The notes under the pieces: model-generated
The model's input: only the letters and a program-made list of their open reading frames with translations
Told to the model about the DNA's origin: nothing
Database searches by the model: none
Shown: positions 39,447 to 49,617 of the stretch, in pieces
How the letters are laid out: every line of letters begins with the position of its first letter
How positions within the stretch are numbered: position 1 is the first letter of the stretch
Position numbers and translations under genes: made by a program
DNA from: Candidatus Dojkabacteria bacterium
GTDB taxonomy: Bacteria; Patescibacteriota; Dojkabacteria; JAFGLO01
NCBI GenBank assembly: GCA_016927995.1
Contig: JAFGLO010000015.1
Span: 75,430 to 139,429 of the forward strand
DNA length: 64,000 bases
Reading direction: 5' to 3'

Positions 39447-40963
39447 GCTTTCACCTGTTCCGACCTATAGGACAATGCTTCCGTTATATGGCTTGCTTTT
39501 ACTTTACGGGAATTTTTAAGGTCTGCAATTGTTCTACCAACCCTTGCAATCTTAACAAAGGCTCTAGGAGATAGAGCAAGTTTTTTATATGCAAGATTAA
39601 GAAGATCTTCGGCTTCATTAGTAAGTTCACAGTATTCCTTTATTTGCTTGTATGATAACTGTGAGTTGCTTGTAAGTTTTGTACCTGAAAACCTTGTTTT
39701 TTGAATTTCTTGTGCTGTAAAAATTGATGTTTTCAAAGCGCTAATTTCGGTATCCGTGCAAGTGGAATTAGCAAGATTCTCCGGTCTGGTAATGTATTTG
39801 TAAATGTCAATTCTGTCTAAAAGTACTTTTGATACTTTGTTAAAGTATCGATTTATTACAAAGGGTTGGCAGGTACATTCATGCTCGGGATCATTAAAGT
39901 ACCCGCAGGGACAAGGATTCATGGCCGCGATAAACAAAAATCTGCAAGGATACAAAACACGGTATTCGGCTCTGGCAATAGTGATATTTCCTTCTTCTAA
40001 TGGTTCTCTAAGTGCATTAAGCGTTTTAATTCCAAATTCGGGGAGTTCGTCAAGGAATAATACGCCATTGTGTGCTAAGCTTATCTCGCCTGGGCTGGGC
40101 TTGGTTCCACCACCAATAATTGAGGCATAGCTCGAGGTGTGATGTGGAGTCCGTATTGGACAGCTTCCTAAGGATATTAGATCTGTTGGTGTTTTGTGGG
40201 CAGAACTACTGTAAATAAGTGCTGTTTCGTATATTTTTTCGGGAGTAAGTTTTGGCATTAGCTGAGATATTGCCTTTGCGGTAAGAGTTTTCCCACAGCC
40301 TGGTGAACCCACGGTAATAATATGATGATCACCTGCAGCTGCAATTTGTGCAATGTGTGCTTCCGATCGGGGTAAGAGGATAGGGATTGGTTCGATCTTA
40401 GGTTGGATATTCAATTGTTTTGAGGCGTTCCAAACGGGTAAGATTTTTATTCCGTTAAGGTGCCGAAGGACTTCGTTAAACCGTTGTGCATAAAATATTG
40501 TTCCGCTAAATGTTTTGGAAAGGGGTATATCGTAAAGATTATCTTTGGGAATAATAATATTGCGTAACCCTTGAGTTTCCATTATGTCGATTGCTTGAAG
40601 AATACCGTTACTGTATTTTACTTCGCCGGACAGTGAAAGTTCACCAATAAACAGATATTCATCGCAAATTTTTTGAGGTAGGTGTTTGTATGCTCCCAGA
40701 ATACTTATTGCAATTGGTAAGTCAAGACTGGCTCCTGTTTTGGGAATATATGACGGGGCAAGATTTATTGTAATCTTCTTGGGGATAAGTGAAAGTCCGG
40801 AATTCTTGATTGCCGGCCAAACACGTTCTTTTGCATCTTCTACTGCTTTATCGGGTAATCCGACGATTCGAATAGAAGGCAAGGAATTGCTGGTGCTTGC
40901 CTCTACAGTCACCATCTGACCGGTAACGCCATAGGTTGTCGATGAATAAACTCTAAATACCAT
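39443..40963 (-). CDS. comM: Mg-chelatase-like AAA+ ATPase ComM/YifB
   Basis: N-terminal Lon-like domain, Walker A GSPGCGKT, and a zinc-binding C..C..C cluster typical of YifB. Confidence 0.85.
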   Translation of the reverse strand: MVFRVYSSTTYGVTGQMVTVEASTSNSLPSIRIVGLPDKAVEDAKERVWPAIKNSGLSLIPKKITINLAPSYIPKTGASLDLPIAISILGAYKHLPQKICDEYLFIGELSLSGEVKYSNGILQAIDIMETQGLRNIIIPKDNLYDIPLSKTFSGTIFYAQRFNEVLRHLNGIKILPVWNASKQLNIQPKIEPIPILLPRSEAHIAQIAAAGDHHIITVGSPGCGKTLTAKAISQLMPKLTPEKIYETALIYSSSAHKTPTDLISLGSCPIRTPHHTSSYASIIGGGTKPSPGEISLAHNGVLFLDELPEFGIKTLNALREPLEEGNITIARAEYRVLYPCRFLFIAAMNPCPCGYFNDPEHECTCQPFVINRYFNKVSKVLLDRIDIYKYITRPENLANSTCTDTEISALKTSIFTAQEIQKTRFSGTKLTSNSQLSYKQIKEYCELTNEAEDLLNLAYKKLALSPRAFVKIARVGRTIADLKNSRKVKASHITEALSYRSEQVKA

Positions 40964-41100
40964 AAATTACTATACCAGTTGTAATCCGTGTGATTAAAGT
41001 CTTGAATCTGTCAATTTGAAAGATTATCGTGGAATCTTTCAGTGGGTAGTACTTTCCGGCGGAGGAGTGATACAGTAAACGATGAAATTTGATATAATAT

Positions 41101-41442
41101 AACATCCTTGGTTTATCGGATGACTGCTTCGATAGGTTTTTCTTATTGAAGAGGAAAGTCCAGACACCATGTGGTCCCGACTTTTCGGGATAGACACTCT
41201 GGAGACAGAGGTAGGTGAAAGCTTACGGAGAAAAGGGCAACAGAAAGTTATACCGCCCCGACTTGTCGGGGTAAGGGTGAAATGGTGGAGTAAGAGCCCA
41301 CCGGTTCCAACAGTAATGTTGGGATGCGTGGTAACCCCTGTCTGGTGCAAGGGCAAAAACGCCCGCATAGATTGATAGTCATACATTCCCGACTTGTCGG
41401 GGAGGACAGAATTTGGCTTATAGGTAGGCCAAGGATGCTTAT
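41101..41442 (+). ncRNA. rnpB: RNase P RNA (bacterial type A)
   Basis: Conserved blocks GAGGAAAGTCC (P4 5' strand), AGGGTGAAATGGTGGAGTAAGAGCCCACC (CR-II) and ACAGAATTTGGCTTA (CR-V). P1 pairing CATCCTTGG (41103-11) with CCAAGGATG (41429-37). The region is visibly GC-rich. Confidence 0.85.
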
Positions 41443-42314
41443 TCCAATACGGTTTTGTTAAACCGTAAATATCCATTGTAAAAGGCTTTTGGCTCGACAG
41501 GTTGTTTCCCTTCGAGTTGAAGTTTACCTGGAGTGTACAAGCCCCGTGTACACGCAATTTGAACAAAGGGGGCCGTTTTTGATAGTAATATTGTTCCCGG
41601 GGTGTAGTCATGACTTATAAAGATCATTTCCCCGGGGTAGATTTTTAATATTTTATTATCAAGTTTCGTCCACGCAATAGGGTTATCAAAATAGGCTTGG
41701 ATAAACCATTTTAGCTTTTCTGCAGGTGTCTTCCAGTCGATGTGAGCTGTGTCAAAATTCACCAGGGTTCTGTCAGCGTATGAGGGTTTTCCCGTCTGTG
41801 CAAAAGGTGTTATAAATTCAAGGTTATTTAACAGATTCGGCAACTTTTCGTGAGCAAGTTTTGCAAGTTTATATTCAAGAGAGTAGGCTGTTTCGGATGG
41901 CACAATTGAGGCTTCAAATTGTTGGAAGATTTCTCCCTCATCCATTCCCTTTACGGTTCGGTGAAACGTAACACCGGTTTTTGTATCTCCCACCAGGATT
42001 GCTCCCACAATTGGATTTGCACCTCTATATTTTGGAAGTAAAGAAGGGTGAATGTTTATAAAGATTGAATCAGGGTTTCCAAAAAACTTTTCCGGAATAT
42101 ATTTTCCATACGAGGCAACAATGTTTATACCCTTGTAGCCTGTAGGTTTATCTGTAACCGGTATTTCTTTGGTTTTACAAAGCTCAATTAATTGAACATA
42201 AGTTGTTTTAATATTGGTAGTTATGAGAGTAGTTATATTAAGATCGCTGTTTTCAAGGAGTCCTTTTAGTATTGTATGTGTTATTCTTGATGTTCCCCAA
42301 AGGGTAATGTTCAT
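41439..42314 (-). CDS. fmt: Methionyl-tRNA formyltransferase
   Basis: Formyl-transferase N-terminal domain (HPSLLPKYRG) plus C-terminal domain. 291 aa. Confidence 0.8.
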   Translation of the reverse strand: MNITLWGTSRITHTILKGLLENSDLNITTLITTNIKTTYVQLIELCKTKEIPVTDKPTGYKGINIVASYGKYIPEKFFGNPDSIFINIHPSLLPKYRGANPIVGAILVGDTKTGVTFHRTVKGMDEGEIFQQFEASIVPSETAYSLEYKLAKLAHEKLPNLLNNLEFITPFAQTGKPSYADRTLVNFDTAHIDWKTPAEKLKWFIQAYFDNPIAWTKLDNKILKIYPGEMIFISHDYTPGTILLSKTAPFVQIACTRGLYTPGKLQLEGKQPVEPKAFYNGYLRFNKTVLE

Positions 42315-42373
42315 GGCTTCCTTTTAGAAGTTATCCATAATATTTATTATATCAAAATTGTTGTATAATTACT

Positions 42374-43606
42374 GTGCAATTAAGCAGGTTCTTAATTATG
42401 AATGACATTTTAACTCCGCTTGCCTATAGATACCGACCTATTGATCTATCAGACTTTGTGGGTCAAAAGCATCTTGTAGGGAAAGATGGACCAATAAGAT
42501 CTTTTATTAAAAGTAAAAAACTTCCGTCTATGGTGTTTTGGGGGCCTCCCGGTACGGGCAAAACTACGCTTGCAATAATTCTTTCAAAAGAGCTGGGATA
42601 TGATTTTCATTCTATGTCAGCTGTTAGCAGCGGTAAATCTATGCTTCTTGATATTGTAAAAAGTGCAAAGGAATCAAAACTCTTTTCTAAAAAGGTTGTT
42701 TTGTTTCTGGACGAAATTCATCGCTGGAATAAAGCCCAACAGGACGTACTCTTGCCTTACGTAGAAAGTGGATTAATAACGCTTATTGGTGCAACTACCG
42801 AGAATCCGTCTTTTTCACTAAATGCCGCACTTTTATCACGTGTAAAAATTTTTACGTTTGAGCGACATACTGCACCCGAAATTGCCGGTTACCTTGGGAA
42901 AGTTATAAAAGATCTGCAGAAAGAAAAAAACTTCCGGATCAAAAAGAATGTGATTGATTTAATTGCCGAAATTTCTAATGGGGATTTGCGTTCTGCATTA
43001 AATATTCTGGAGATAACCATTAATTTGTTACCGCCCAAAAATAAAGATATAACGGTGGCACTTGTTAAAAATGCTGTTCAGAAGCAAATTTATTATGACA
43101 AAACCGGCGACGAGCATTACAACATAATTTCAGCTATCCACAAAAGCCTACGAAGCTCGAATGCAGATGCTGCCTGTTATTGGATTGGCAGAATGCTTAT
43201 TGCAGGTGAAGACCCTAGATACGTTGCAAGAAGGCTGGTGCGCTTTGCCAGTGAGGATATTGGGAATGCCAAGCCGGCTGCACTTTCTTTGGCACTAACT
43301 GTTTATGAGTCCATCGAAAAGGTTGGAATGCCTGAATGTAACGTATTTTTAATGCAACTTGCCATTTACCTTGCAAACTGTCCCAAAGACAATACGGCAT
43401 ATAAGGTTTGGGGCATGGTGGCTGCCGATGTAGAGAAATTTGGCAATTTACCTGTACCTCTGCATTTGCGCAATGCACCGACTAAGCTTATGGAGGGTTT
43501 GGGTTATGGCAAAGGATATGAGTACGATCACGACTTGCCCGGCAAAAAATCAGATCAGCAATGTATGCCCGATAAATTAAAAAATCGGAAGTATCTTGAT
43601 GTTTAG
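42374..43606 (+). CDS. rarA: Replication-associated recombination protein A (RarA/MgsA AAA+ ATPase)
   Basis: Walker A GPPGTGKTT and MgsA C-terminal domain. Start may be 42398. Confidence 0.85.
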   Translation: MQLSRFLIMNDILTPLAYRYRPIDLSDFVGQKHLVGKDGPIRSFIKSKKLPSMVFWGPPGTGKTTLAIILSKELGYDFHSMSAVSSGKSMLLDIVKSAKESKLFSKKVVLFLDEIHRWNKAQQDVLLPYVESGLITLIGATTENPSFSLNAALLSRVKIFTFERHTAPEIAGYLGKVIKDLQKEKNFRIKKNVIDLIAEISNGDLRSALNILEITINLLPPKNKDITVALVKNAVQKQIYYDKTGDEHYNIISAIHKSLRSSNADAACYWIGRMLIAGEDPRYVARRLVRFASEDIGNAKPAALSLALTVYESIEKVGMPECNVFLMQLAIYLANCPKDNTAYKVWGMVAADVEKFGNLPVPLHLRNAPTKLMEGLGYGKGYEYDHDLPGKKSDQQCMPDKLKNRKYLDV

Positions 43607-44324
43607 ATTTTTTACGTCCAAAATAAATAGTTCAGGATTTCTTATAGAAGAGAAATTTGACATAAAACACATAACAACGGTTTTAAGGTTAACCCCGGGT
43701 GATCATATAGAAATTGTAAACGATACTCAGGTATATGAGGGAGTAATAGACAGCCTTTCTAAATCTGCGGTGAGAGGCTCAATTATTAAACCGCTTGAGG
43801 CGGTGTCTGATAAAATCGAGTTCAGACTTTTTCTTGCAACTATTCGGCCAAGGCTATTTGAATTGGTAATCGAAAAGGCAACCGAACTTGGTGTTTCCGA
43901 AATAATTCCCGTTGTTATGAAAAACTCACAGTTTAGTGTAGATGTTTATAGCTCAAAACATGAGCGGTTTAAAAAAATTATAGTTGCTGCAAGTAAGCAG
44001 TCCAAGCAGGTGAGGGTTCCGCTTATAAGTTATCCTATTGCAATTTTAAATTTAGCCGACAATATATTAAAAGGAGATTTAAATGTCATGTTTGATTTGG
44101 GCTCTAAGTCAGTTTCGATTGATTCGATAAAATCCAAGCTTCTAAAACATAAACGAACAAACTGTTTTGTAGGACCTGAAGGTGGTTTTTCCAAAGAGGA
44201 CAAAGATAATCTAAACGATTTAGATAACCTTTTTACTATAAAACTCTCTGATCATATACTTCGTGCCGAGACTGCAGCTATCGTCGGATTAGGTATTATG
44301 AAAGCCTTAGCTGTTGACAGTTAG
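43596..44324 (+). CDS. rsmE: 16S rRNA (uracil1498-N3)-methyltransferase RsmE
   Basis: PUA-like N-terminus plus SPOUT C-terminus (GPEGGFS). Confidence 0.8.
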   Translation: MMFRFFTSKINSSGFLIEEKFDIKHITTVLRLTPGDHIEIVNDTQVYEGVIDSLSKSAVRGSIIKPLEAVSDKIEFRLFLATIRPRLFELVIEKATELGVSEIIPVVMKNSQFSVDVYSSKHERFKKIIVAASKQSKQVRVPLISYPIAILNLADNILKGDLNVMFDLGSKSVSIDSIKSKLLKHKRTNCFVGPEGGFSKEDKDNLNDLDNLFTIKLSDHILRAETAAIVGLGIMKALAVDS

Positions 44325-44371
44325 CCAAAAGTCTGGTTTAATTGTCGTATATAATATAACTTTTATAAATA

Positions 44372-44773
44372 ATGAACTATATCCTGGGTGTTGATCTCTC
44401 AAGTTTCTTAAATCTTAACACTATTCCGTTATGGGCAATTATTGTTTATGGCGTAATGGTAGTTTTTCTGGGAATGATAGGATATGTCATTAAATCATTC
44501 ATAATTTACAAAATAGCCCAAAAGCTCAATGCTCCAAACGACTGGCAGTCTTGGGTTCCTGTGCTTCGAAGTATGTACAGATTCGAATTAGGTGACCAAA
44601 ACAAGTGGTTATATCTTCTTTCTTACATTCCTTGTATCGGAGTAGTAGCGTTTGTTTTTGGTATAATTGCATGTATAAAGATTCTTTCAAAGCTCGGAAA
44701 ACCTACTTGGCACATCGTTTTATTCTTTGTCCCGGTTGTAAACCTGATTTATATGATTACGTTGGCTCTGTAA
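44372..44773 (+). CDS. Small 3-4 transmembrane-helix membrane protein, hypothetical
   Basis: Hydrophobicity pattern only. Confidence 0.35.
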   Translation: MNYILGVDLSSFLNLNTIPLWAIIVYGVMVVFLGMIGYVIKSFIIYKIAQKLNAPNDWQSWVPVLRSMYRFELGDQNKWLYLLSYIPCIGVVAFVFGIIACIKILSKLGKPTWHIVLFFVPVVNLIYMITLAL

Positions 44774-44849
44774 AAGTGATTAGTAATTGGTAATCCGTGA
44801 GTGATTAACAACAAGCACCCAACTCATGCAATAACTTCGGTGTTTCTTA

Positions 44850-45614
44850 ATGTATTGGTATTATTTTAAGGCACAGCTCGCCGTAGATTTAGAACGTCGG
44901 CTGGATTTTATACTTGATCCTCTCCTAAGAACAATCGGACTACTTGTTTATTTCTATTTGTGGAGGGGTAGTGTTTCGGATGTTGGCTCTCTTTTTGTAT
45001 ATTTCTTAATTTATTATCTTGTAGTCAATCCATTGCATTCGGGTAAGGTTGCTGTGTTTATGTCCAAAGGCATAAATACGGGAGAGTTAAACAATTTTCT
45101 TTGCAAGCCAATTGATTTTAGAATTGCCTCCACGGTTAGGTTCTTTTCTACCCTTATTAAAAGACTTGTTTTACCTACATGTTTGATAGCTGTGGCAATT
45201 ATATTTCTTCCCGGGATTTTCGCACCTGTTTCTTTTACAGCATTTATACTATTTATCTTGGCACTTATTCTGGGTGAAATATCGTGGATTTTGTTTATGT
45301 GGATATTTGGGGCTTTATCGTTTTGGGTTACCGAAATAGACTTTACTATAGTTGTTTGGGATTTAATCATGAACATCTTTGCGGGGGTATATATTCCATA
45401 TTTTCTTTTTCCCGAGAGTTTAAAGACTATTCTTGCATATACGCCAATTCCTTATTGGGGTGCATTTCCTATAACAATTTTCCAGGGTGAGGTAGTTGGC
45501 AACAAAGTATTTTGGGGCTTTGTTATTCTTCTCGGATGGACTGTTGTTTTGTATCTTACTGGGAAAGTACTCTATCGGTTGGGTCTCAAGAAGTATGAAG
45601 GAGTTGGAATTTAA
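44850..45614 (+). CDS. ABC-2 family transporter permease
   Basis: 6-helix ABC-2 topology. Lies upstream of a second permease and the ATPase. Confidence 0.55.
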   Translation: MYWYYFKAQLAVDLERRLDFILDPLLRTIGLLVYFYLWRGSVSDVGSLFVYFLIYYLVVNPLHSGKVAVFMSKGINTGELNNFLCKPIDFRIASTVRFFSTLIKRLVLPTCLIAVAIIFLPGIFAPVSFTAFILFILALILGEISWILFMWIFGALSFWVTEIDFTIVVWDLIMNIFAGVYIPYFLFPESLKTILAYTPIPYWGAFPITIFQGEVVGNKVFWGFVILLGWTVVLYLTGKVLYRLGLKKYEGVGI

Positions 45615-45630
45615 GTTTTCTTAAGGTGCA

Positions 45631-46416
45631 ATGTTTCGATATTTTAAAATCTACTTACAGTACTTTAAGAGTTCGATTATGCTTTTAATGGCACATAAGT
45701 TTAATCTTGGGATGGGTCTTTTAGCAAATATTCTTTGGACTTCCGGTCAATTAGTTTCATTATGGTTTCTGTTTAAGAATATTAGCGGTCTTGGCACTTG
45801 GAACGCACATGATCTTGTGCTCCTACTGGCATTTAGCCAAATATCTTTTTACTTGTCATATTCTATTTACTACAATAATTTTGAAAAGTTTAACGATAAA
45901 ATAAATGAAGGTAATCTGGATAAATATTTGTTAAAGCCGATAAGCCTGATTTTCCAGATTTCTTTTGAGGAGGTCGCTGTTGCACAAATAATTGCAACCG
46001 TAATTAACGTTTTACCGCTTTTTGTATTTGGGTTAATAGGTAAAAGCCTAACTTGGGGTGCAGTAGTCATATGTGGGATAGTTACAATCCTTGGGATTTT
46101 GCTTGTTTATTTGTTTTTCCTAAATATTGTTGGGTTAACTTTGATTATTGGTCGGACGGGTGGAGTTTTATCGGTTCTGCGTAACAGTAGTGATCTTGGT
46201 CGTATTCCAATAGATCAGATGAACAAATATCTTGGCGGGTTTTTGTCATATGTGCTTCCAATTGCGTTTGCAACCAGTTATCCGGTAATGGTTCTAACGG
46301 GGAGGATTAGTGCATTGTCCGTTATCGGTATGGAGGGGGCGTTGCTACTTATTTTGTTAATTCTTAATCTAATAACATGGCGTATTGGAATAAGAAAGTA
46401 TTCCGGTTCGATATAA
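45631..46416 (+). CDS. ABC-2 family transporter permease (second subunit)
   Basis: Paralogous topology to the upstream gene. Confidence 0.55.
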   Translation: MFRYFKIYLQYFKSSIMLLMAHKFNLGMGLLANILWTSGQLVSLWFLFKNISGLGTWNAHDLVLLLAFSQISFYLSYSIYYNNFEKFNDKINEGNLDKYLLKPISLIFQISFEEVAVAQIIATVINVLPLFVFGLIGKSLTWGAVVICGIVTILGILLVYLFFLNIVGLTLIIGRTGGVLSVLRNSSDLGRIPIDQMNKYLGGFLSYVLPIAFATSYPVMVLTGRISALSVIGMEGALLLILLILNLITWRIGIRKYSGSI

Positions 46417-46433
46417 TTTCAAGTACCCAAAAA

Positions 46434-47429
46434 ATGGAAGTAATCTCGGTAAAAAACTTAAGCAGGAGTTTTAATCAATACAAGAAGGCTACCGGGCTGT
46501 TGGGTTCAATTAAGTCACTTTTAAAGCGTAATTATTTTAAGGTTTCGGCCGTATCCGATATCTCGTTTTCGATTGATGCCGGTGAGATAGTAGGATTTAT
46601 AGGACCAAATGGAGCAGGGAAAACCACAACCCTTAAAATGCTTTCGGGTATTTTGTATCCAACAAGTGGACAAGTGCAGGTACTTGGACATACTCCGACA
46701 GACAGAAAAAGAGAATTTCAGGAAAAGATTGCTCTTGTAATGGGGCAAAAGTCTCAGCTTATTTGGGACCTTCCTGCTAAGGATAGCTTTATGTTAAATA
46801 AACACGTTTATAATATTCCTGAAAACACGTTTAAAAATTCGGTTTTAGAGCTTTCTTCAATTCTAGAAATTGAGGATATATTGGAGATACCGGTTAAAAA
46901 ACTTTCGTTGGGTCAGCGAATGAAATGTGAATTATTGGCATCGATTTTACATGGACCGCAAATTTTGTTTTTAGATGAACCTACAATTGGACTGGATGTT
47001 GTTGTTCAAAAAAAGGTTCGTGAATTTATAAAGGAATACAATGAAACTTATAAAACAACCGTTATTTTGACAAGTCATTATATGGACGACGTAAAGGAGC
47101 TTTGCAAACGGATTATTGTAATTTCAAAAGGCAGCATTGTTTTTGATGGTGAGATTTCAACCCTTGTAAAGAAATACGCGACACATAAATATTTGAAACT
47201 TGTTTTTACTAAGTCGGTTAATAGGGAAGATATTCAAGTATTTGGAAAAATTACTGATTCTAGTGATGACGGTTTTTCGTATACATTGTCTGTTCCGGAA
47301 GAAGGTCATGTCCAAATTGCAAGTCAAATACTTCAAAAGCTACCTGTCGACGATATTGATATTTCCGAGGTTGAACTGGAAGATATAATTAGAAAGATAT
47401 TTGCAAACTCAGACTCAAGTATCTGTTAA
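46434..47429 (+). CDS. ABC transporter ATP-binding protein
   Basis: Walker A GPNGAGKTT, signature LSLGQRM, Walker B LFLDEPT. Start MEVISVKNLS. Confidence 0.85.
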   Translation: MEVISVKNLSRSFNQYKKATGLLGSIKSLLKRNYFKVSAVSDISFSIDAGEIVGFIGPNGAGKTTTLKMLSGILYPTSGQVQVLGHTPTDRKREFQEKIALVMGQKSQLIWDLPAKDSFMLNKHVYNIPENTFKNSVLELSSILEIEDILEIPVKKLSLGQRMKCELLASILHGPQILFLDEPTIGLDVVVQKKVREFIKEYNETYKTTVILTSHYMDDVKELCKRIIVISKGSIVFDGEISTLVKKYATHKYLKLVFTKSVNREDIQVFGKITDSSDDGFSYTLSVPEEGHVQIASQILQKLPVDDIDISEVELEDIIRKIFANSDSSIC

Positions 47430-47442
47430 AGGTTGTACCGAG

Positions 47443-48795
47443 TTACTTACTAATGATCTCTTTCCCTATATATTTTTGCAAGGACTTTGGAATTTTAACA
47501 GAACCGTCGGGTTGTTGGTAGTTATCAATTATTGCAATAATCATTCTGCCCATTGCTACGCCGGTATCGTTTACAGTATGTGCAAATTTCTTTTGACCAT
47601 CAACATCTGTAAACTTAATGTTTAACCTTCGTGCCTGATAATCGGTTGTGTTTGTACTTGTGCCAACCTCCATAAATTCTTGCTGTGAAGGAAGCCATGC
47701 TTCGGGATCCCACTGGGCATGTGAAGCGTAGTAGCCCATGTCGCCAAAGCATTTGCGTACAATTCTAAATGGTATTTCGAGTGTTTGCAAAAGCCATTTG
47801 TTTATTCCAAGCAGGTAATTTTCGGCAAGTTCGTTAGATTCATCGGGATGGCAAATTAAGTCCATTTCAAGTTTGTCGAACTGATGAACACGTTTTATGC
47901 CGCGAGTATCCTTGCCCCATGATCCTGCCTCACTTCTAAAGCAGGTTGTATATGCCATAAGTTTAATTGGCAGGTCTTTTATATCCAGAGTTTTATCCAT
48001 ATACAAGGCAAAGTTTGAAGGTTCTGACGAGCCTACAAGATACAATTGATTGTTGTCTTCTACGTTGGATCCGTCAATTTTATAGACTTGTTCCTTGTCG
48101 GCAGGAAAGTGGCTAGTACCGTAAAGTGCACGTTCTCTGACTAAAAGTGGGGGTACAACGGGGATAAATCCTTCGGTTATAAGTTTATCCTTAAGAAGTT
48201 CGAATAATGCGTACTGTAAGAGAGCGCCTTCATTTTTGATATAGGTAAAGCGGCTGCCCGATACGATTGCGCTTTGTTCGTTGTCGATAATGTCAAGTGC
48301 TTTTCCAATATCGATATGATGAGCTCCTTTAAAGTTTTTGTTAGCATGCGATGGAAACTCTGGCATGAATTTTGTTGCGCTTCCCGGCTTATTTATTTTG
48401 CTAGCCGGAATTTCACCGTCTGTAGGAGTCCAGGCATAAACGTCGACATTGTCGGCTTCGCCTTTACCGTTAGGGGTATCCGGTCTTGCAATATTGGGAA
48501 TAAGATCATAGGTTTCTTGCCAGCGGGCTGTAAGCTCTTTTAGAGCGGTTTCTAGTTCGGCAGTTTTGGTTTTTATTTCCTTAACTTTTTCTATTTCCTC
48601 TGCTGTAGGCTTTTTGCCCTTTGCGCTTATATCGTTGCGTTCTTTTTTAAAAATGTCAATTTTTGTAATAAGTGCCCTTCGAGATGAATCCATTTCCAAA
48701 AATGTCTTAACGATTGAATTGCCTGAAAGCCCTCGTTTGTTCATGGTTTCTGCTACGAGTTCAGGGTTTTCCTGAAGTATCCGAAGGTCTAACAT
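47443..48795 (-). CDS. serS: Seryl-tRNA synthetase
   Basis: N-terminal coiled coil plus class II core motifs. 450 aa. Confidence 0.9.
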   Translation of the reverse strand: MLDLRILQENPELVAETMNKRGLSGNSIVKTFLEMDSSRRALITKIDIFKKERNDISAKGKKPTAEEIEKVKEIKTKTAELETALKELTARWQETYDLIPNIARPDTPNGKGEADNVDVYAWTPTDGEIPASKINKPGSATKFMPEFPSHANKNFKGAHHIDIGKALDIIDNEQSAIVSGSRFTYIKNEGALLQYALFELLKDKLITEGFIPVVPPLLVRERALYGTSHFPADKEQVYKIDGSNVEDNNQLYLVGSSEPSNFALYMDKTLDIKDLPIKLMAYTTCFRSEAGSWGKDTRGIKRVHQFDKLEMDLICHPDESNELAENYLLGINKWLLQTLEIPFRIVRKCFGDMGYYASHAQWDPEAWLPSQQEFMEVGTSTNTTDYQARRLNIKFTDVDGQKKFAHTVNDTGVAMGRMIIAIIDNYQQPDGSVKIPKSLQKYIGKEIISK

Positions 48796-48921
48796 GTTGT
48801 TAGGTTTATTATGTTATATGGTCAATTATACAGCTACTTGATATAATCAGCAATTGCATGTTGATAAAATCCTTATAATATATTAAAATCAACGGCTTAT
48901 TTCTAATTTGTAGTTTGTAAA

Positions 48922-49557
48922 ATGAAAGGTGATAAATTTGCGGTTATTGAGCACGACAGAACACAATATATTGTGGTGCCGGGCAGTCTTGTCGACGTTG
49001 AAAAGTTAAATATTGAGGAAGGCACAGAATATTCGGTCGATTCTGTTTTACTCATAAAAGATGGTGATAATGTCCTAATAGGCAAGCCTACAGTAAAGGG
49101 TGCAAAAGTGGTTTTTGAGGTCAAGCTTCACGGCCGGGATAATAAAGTAGTTATCTACAGGTATAAAGCTAAGTCAAGATATAGAAGGACTCGTGGGCAC
49201 AGGCAGGAATTTACAAGGCTCTTCGTAAAAAGTATTGAAGTTGATGGGAAGGTAGTTGCCAAGGCTGAAGGTGTAAAATCCGTTAAATCAACTAAAACCG
49301 TAGTTGTGCAGTCCAAAGCTAAAAATACGCATAAAAAGGCTGCTAAGGCTTCTTCAGGGAACGTTACAAAAGCAGTCACGAAAACTAAATCCAAAAGCCA
49401 ACTTGCCAAGAAGGTCACTAAGAAAGTTGCGACAAAAAAAACAGTAAAGAAACCTGCCGTTAAGAAGCCGGTTAAGAAATCCGTGGGAAAAAAGCCGGTT
49501 AAAAAAGCGACCGTAAAAAAATCTTCAACAGCAAAAAAGACTTCTTCGCAAAAATAA
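48922..49557 (+). CDS. rplU: 50S ribosomal protein L21 with roughly 100-aa lysine/alanine-rich C-terminal extension
   Basis: The N-terminal 105 aa are canonical L21. The tail is K/A/T-rich (KKPVKK repeats). Confidence 0.85.
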   Translation: MKGDKFAVIEHDRTQYIVVPGSLVDVEKLNIEEGTEYSVDSVLLIKDGDNVLIGKPTVKGAKVVFEVKLHGRDNKVVIYRYKAKSRYRRTRGHRQEFTRLFVKSIEVDGKVVAKAEGVKSVKSTKTVVVQSKAKNTHKKAAKASSGNVTKAVTKTKSKSQLAKKVTKKVATKKTVKKPAVKKPVKKSVGKKPVKKATVKKSSTAKKTSSQK

Positions 49558-49617
49558 ATACTCTTACGTCCGTAGGAATGGTATAATTGCCCATAATTAG
49601 ATTTTTTCATTTATAAC

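Noticed and set aside
41039-41611. 190-aa minus-strand ORF and nested 68-aa plus ORF (41169..41375)
   Set aside because: They lie entirely over the RNase P RNA gene. The open frames are a by-product of GC-rich structured RNA. The peptide is low complexity with no protein-like features.
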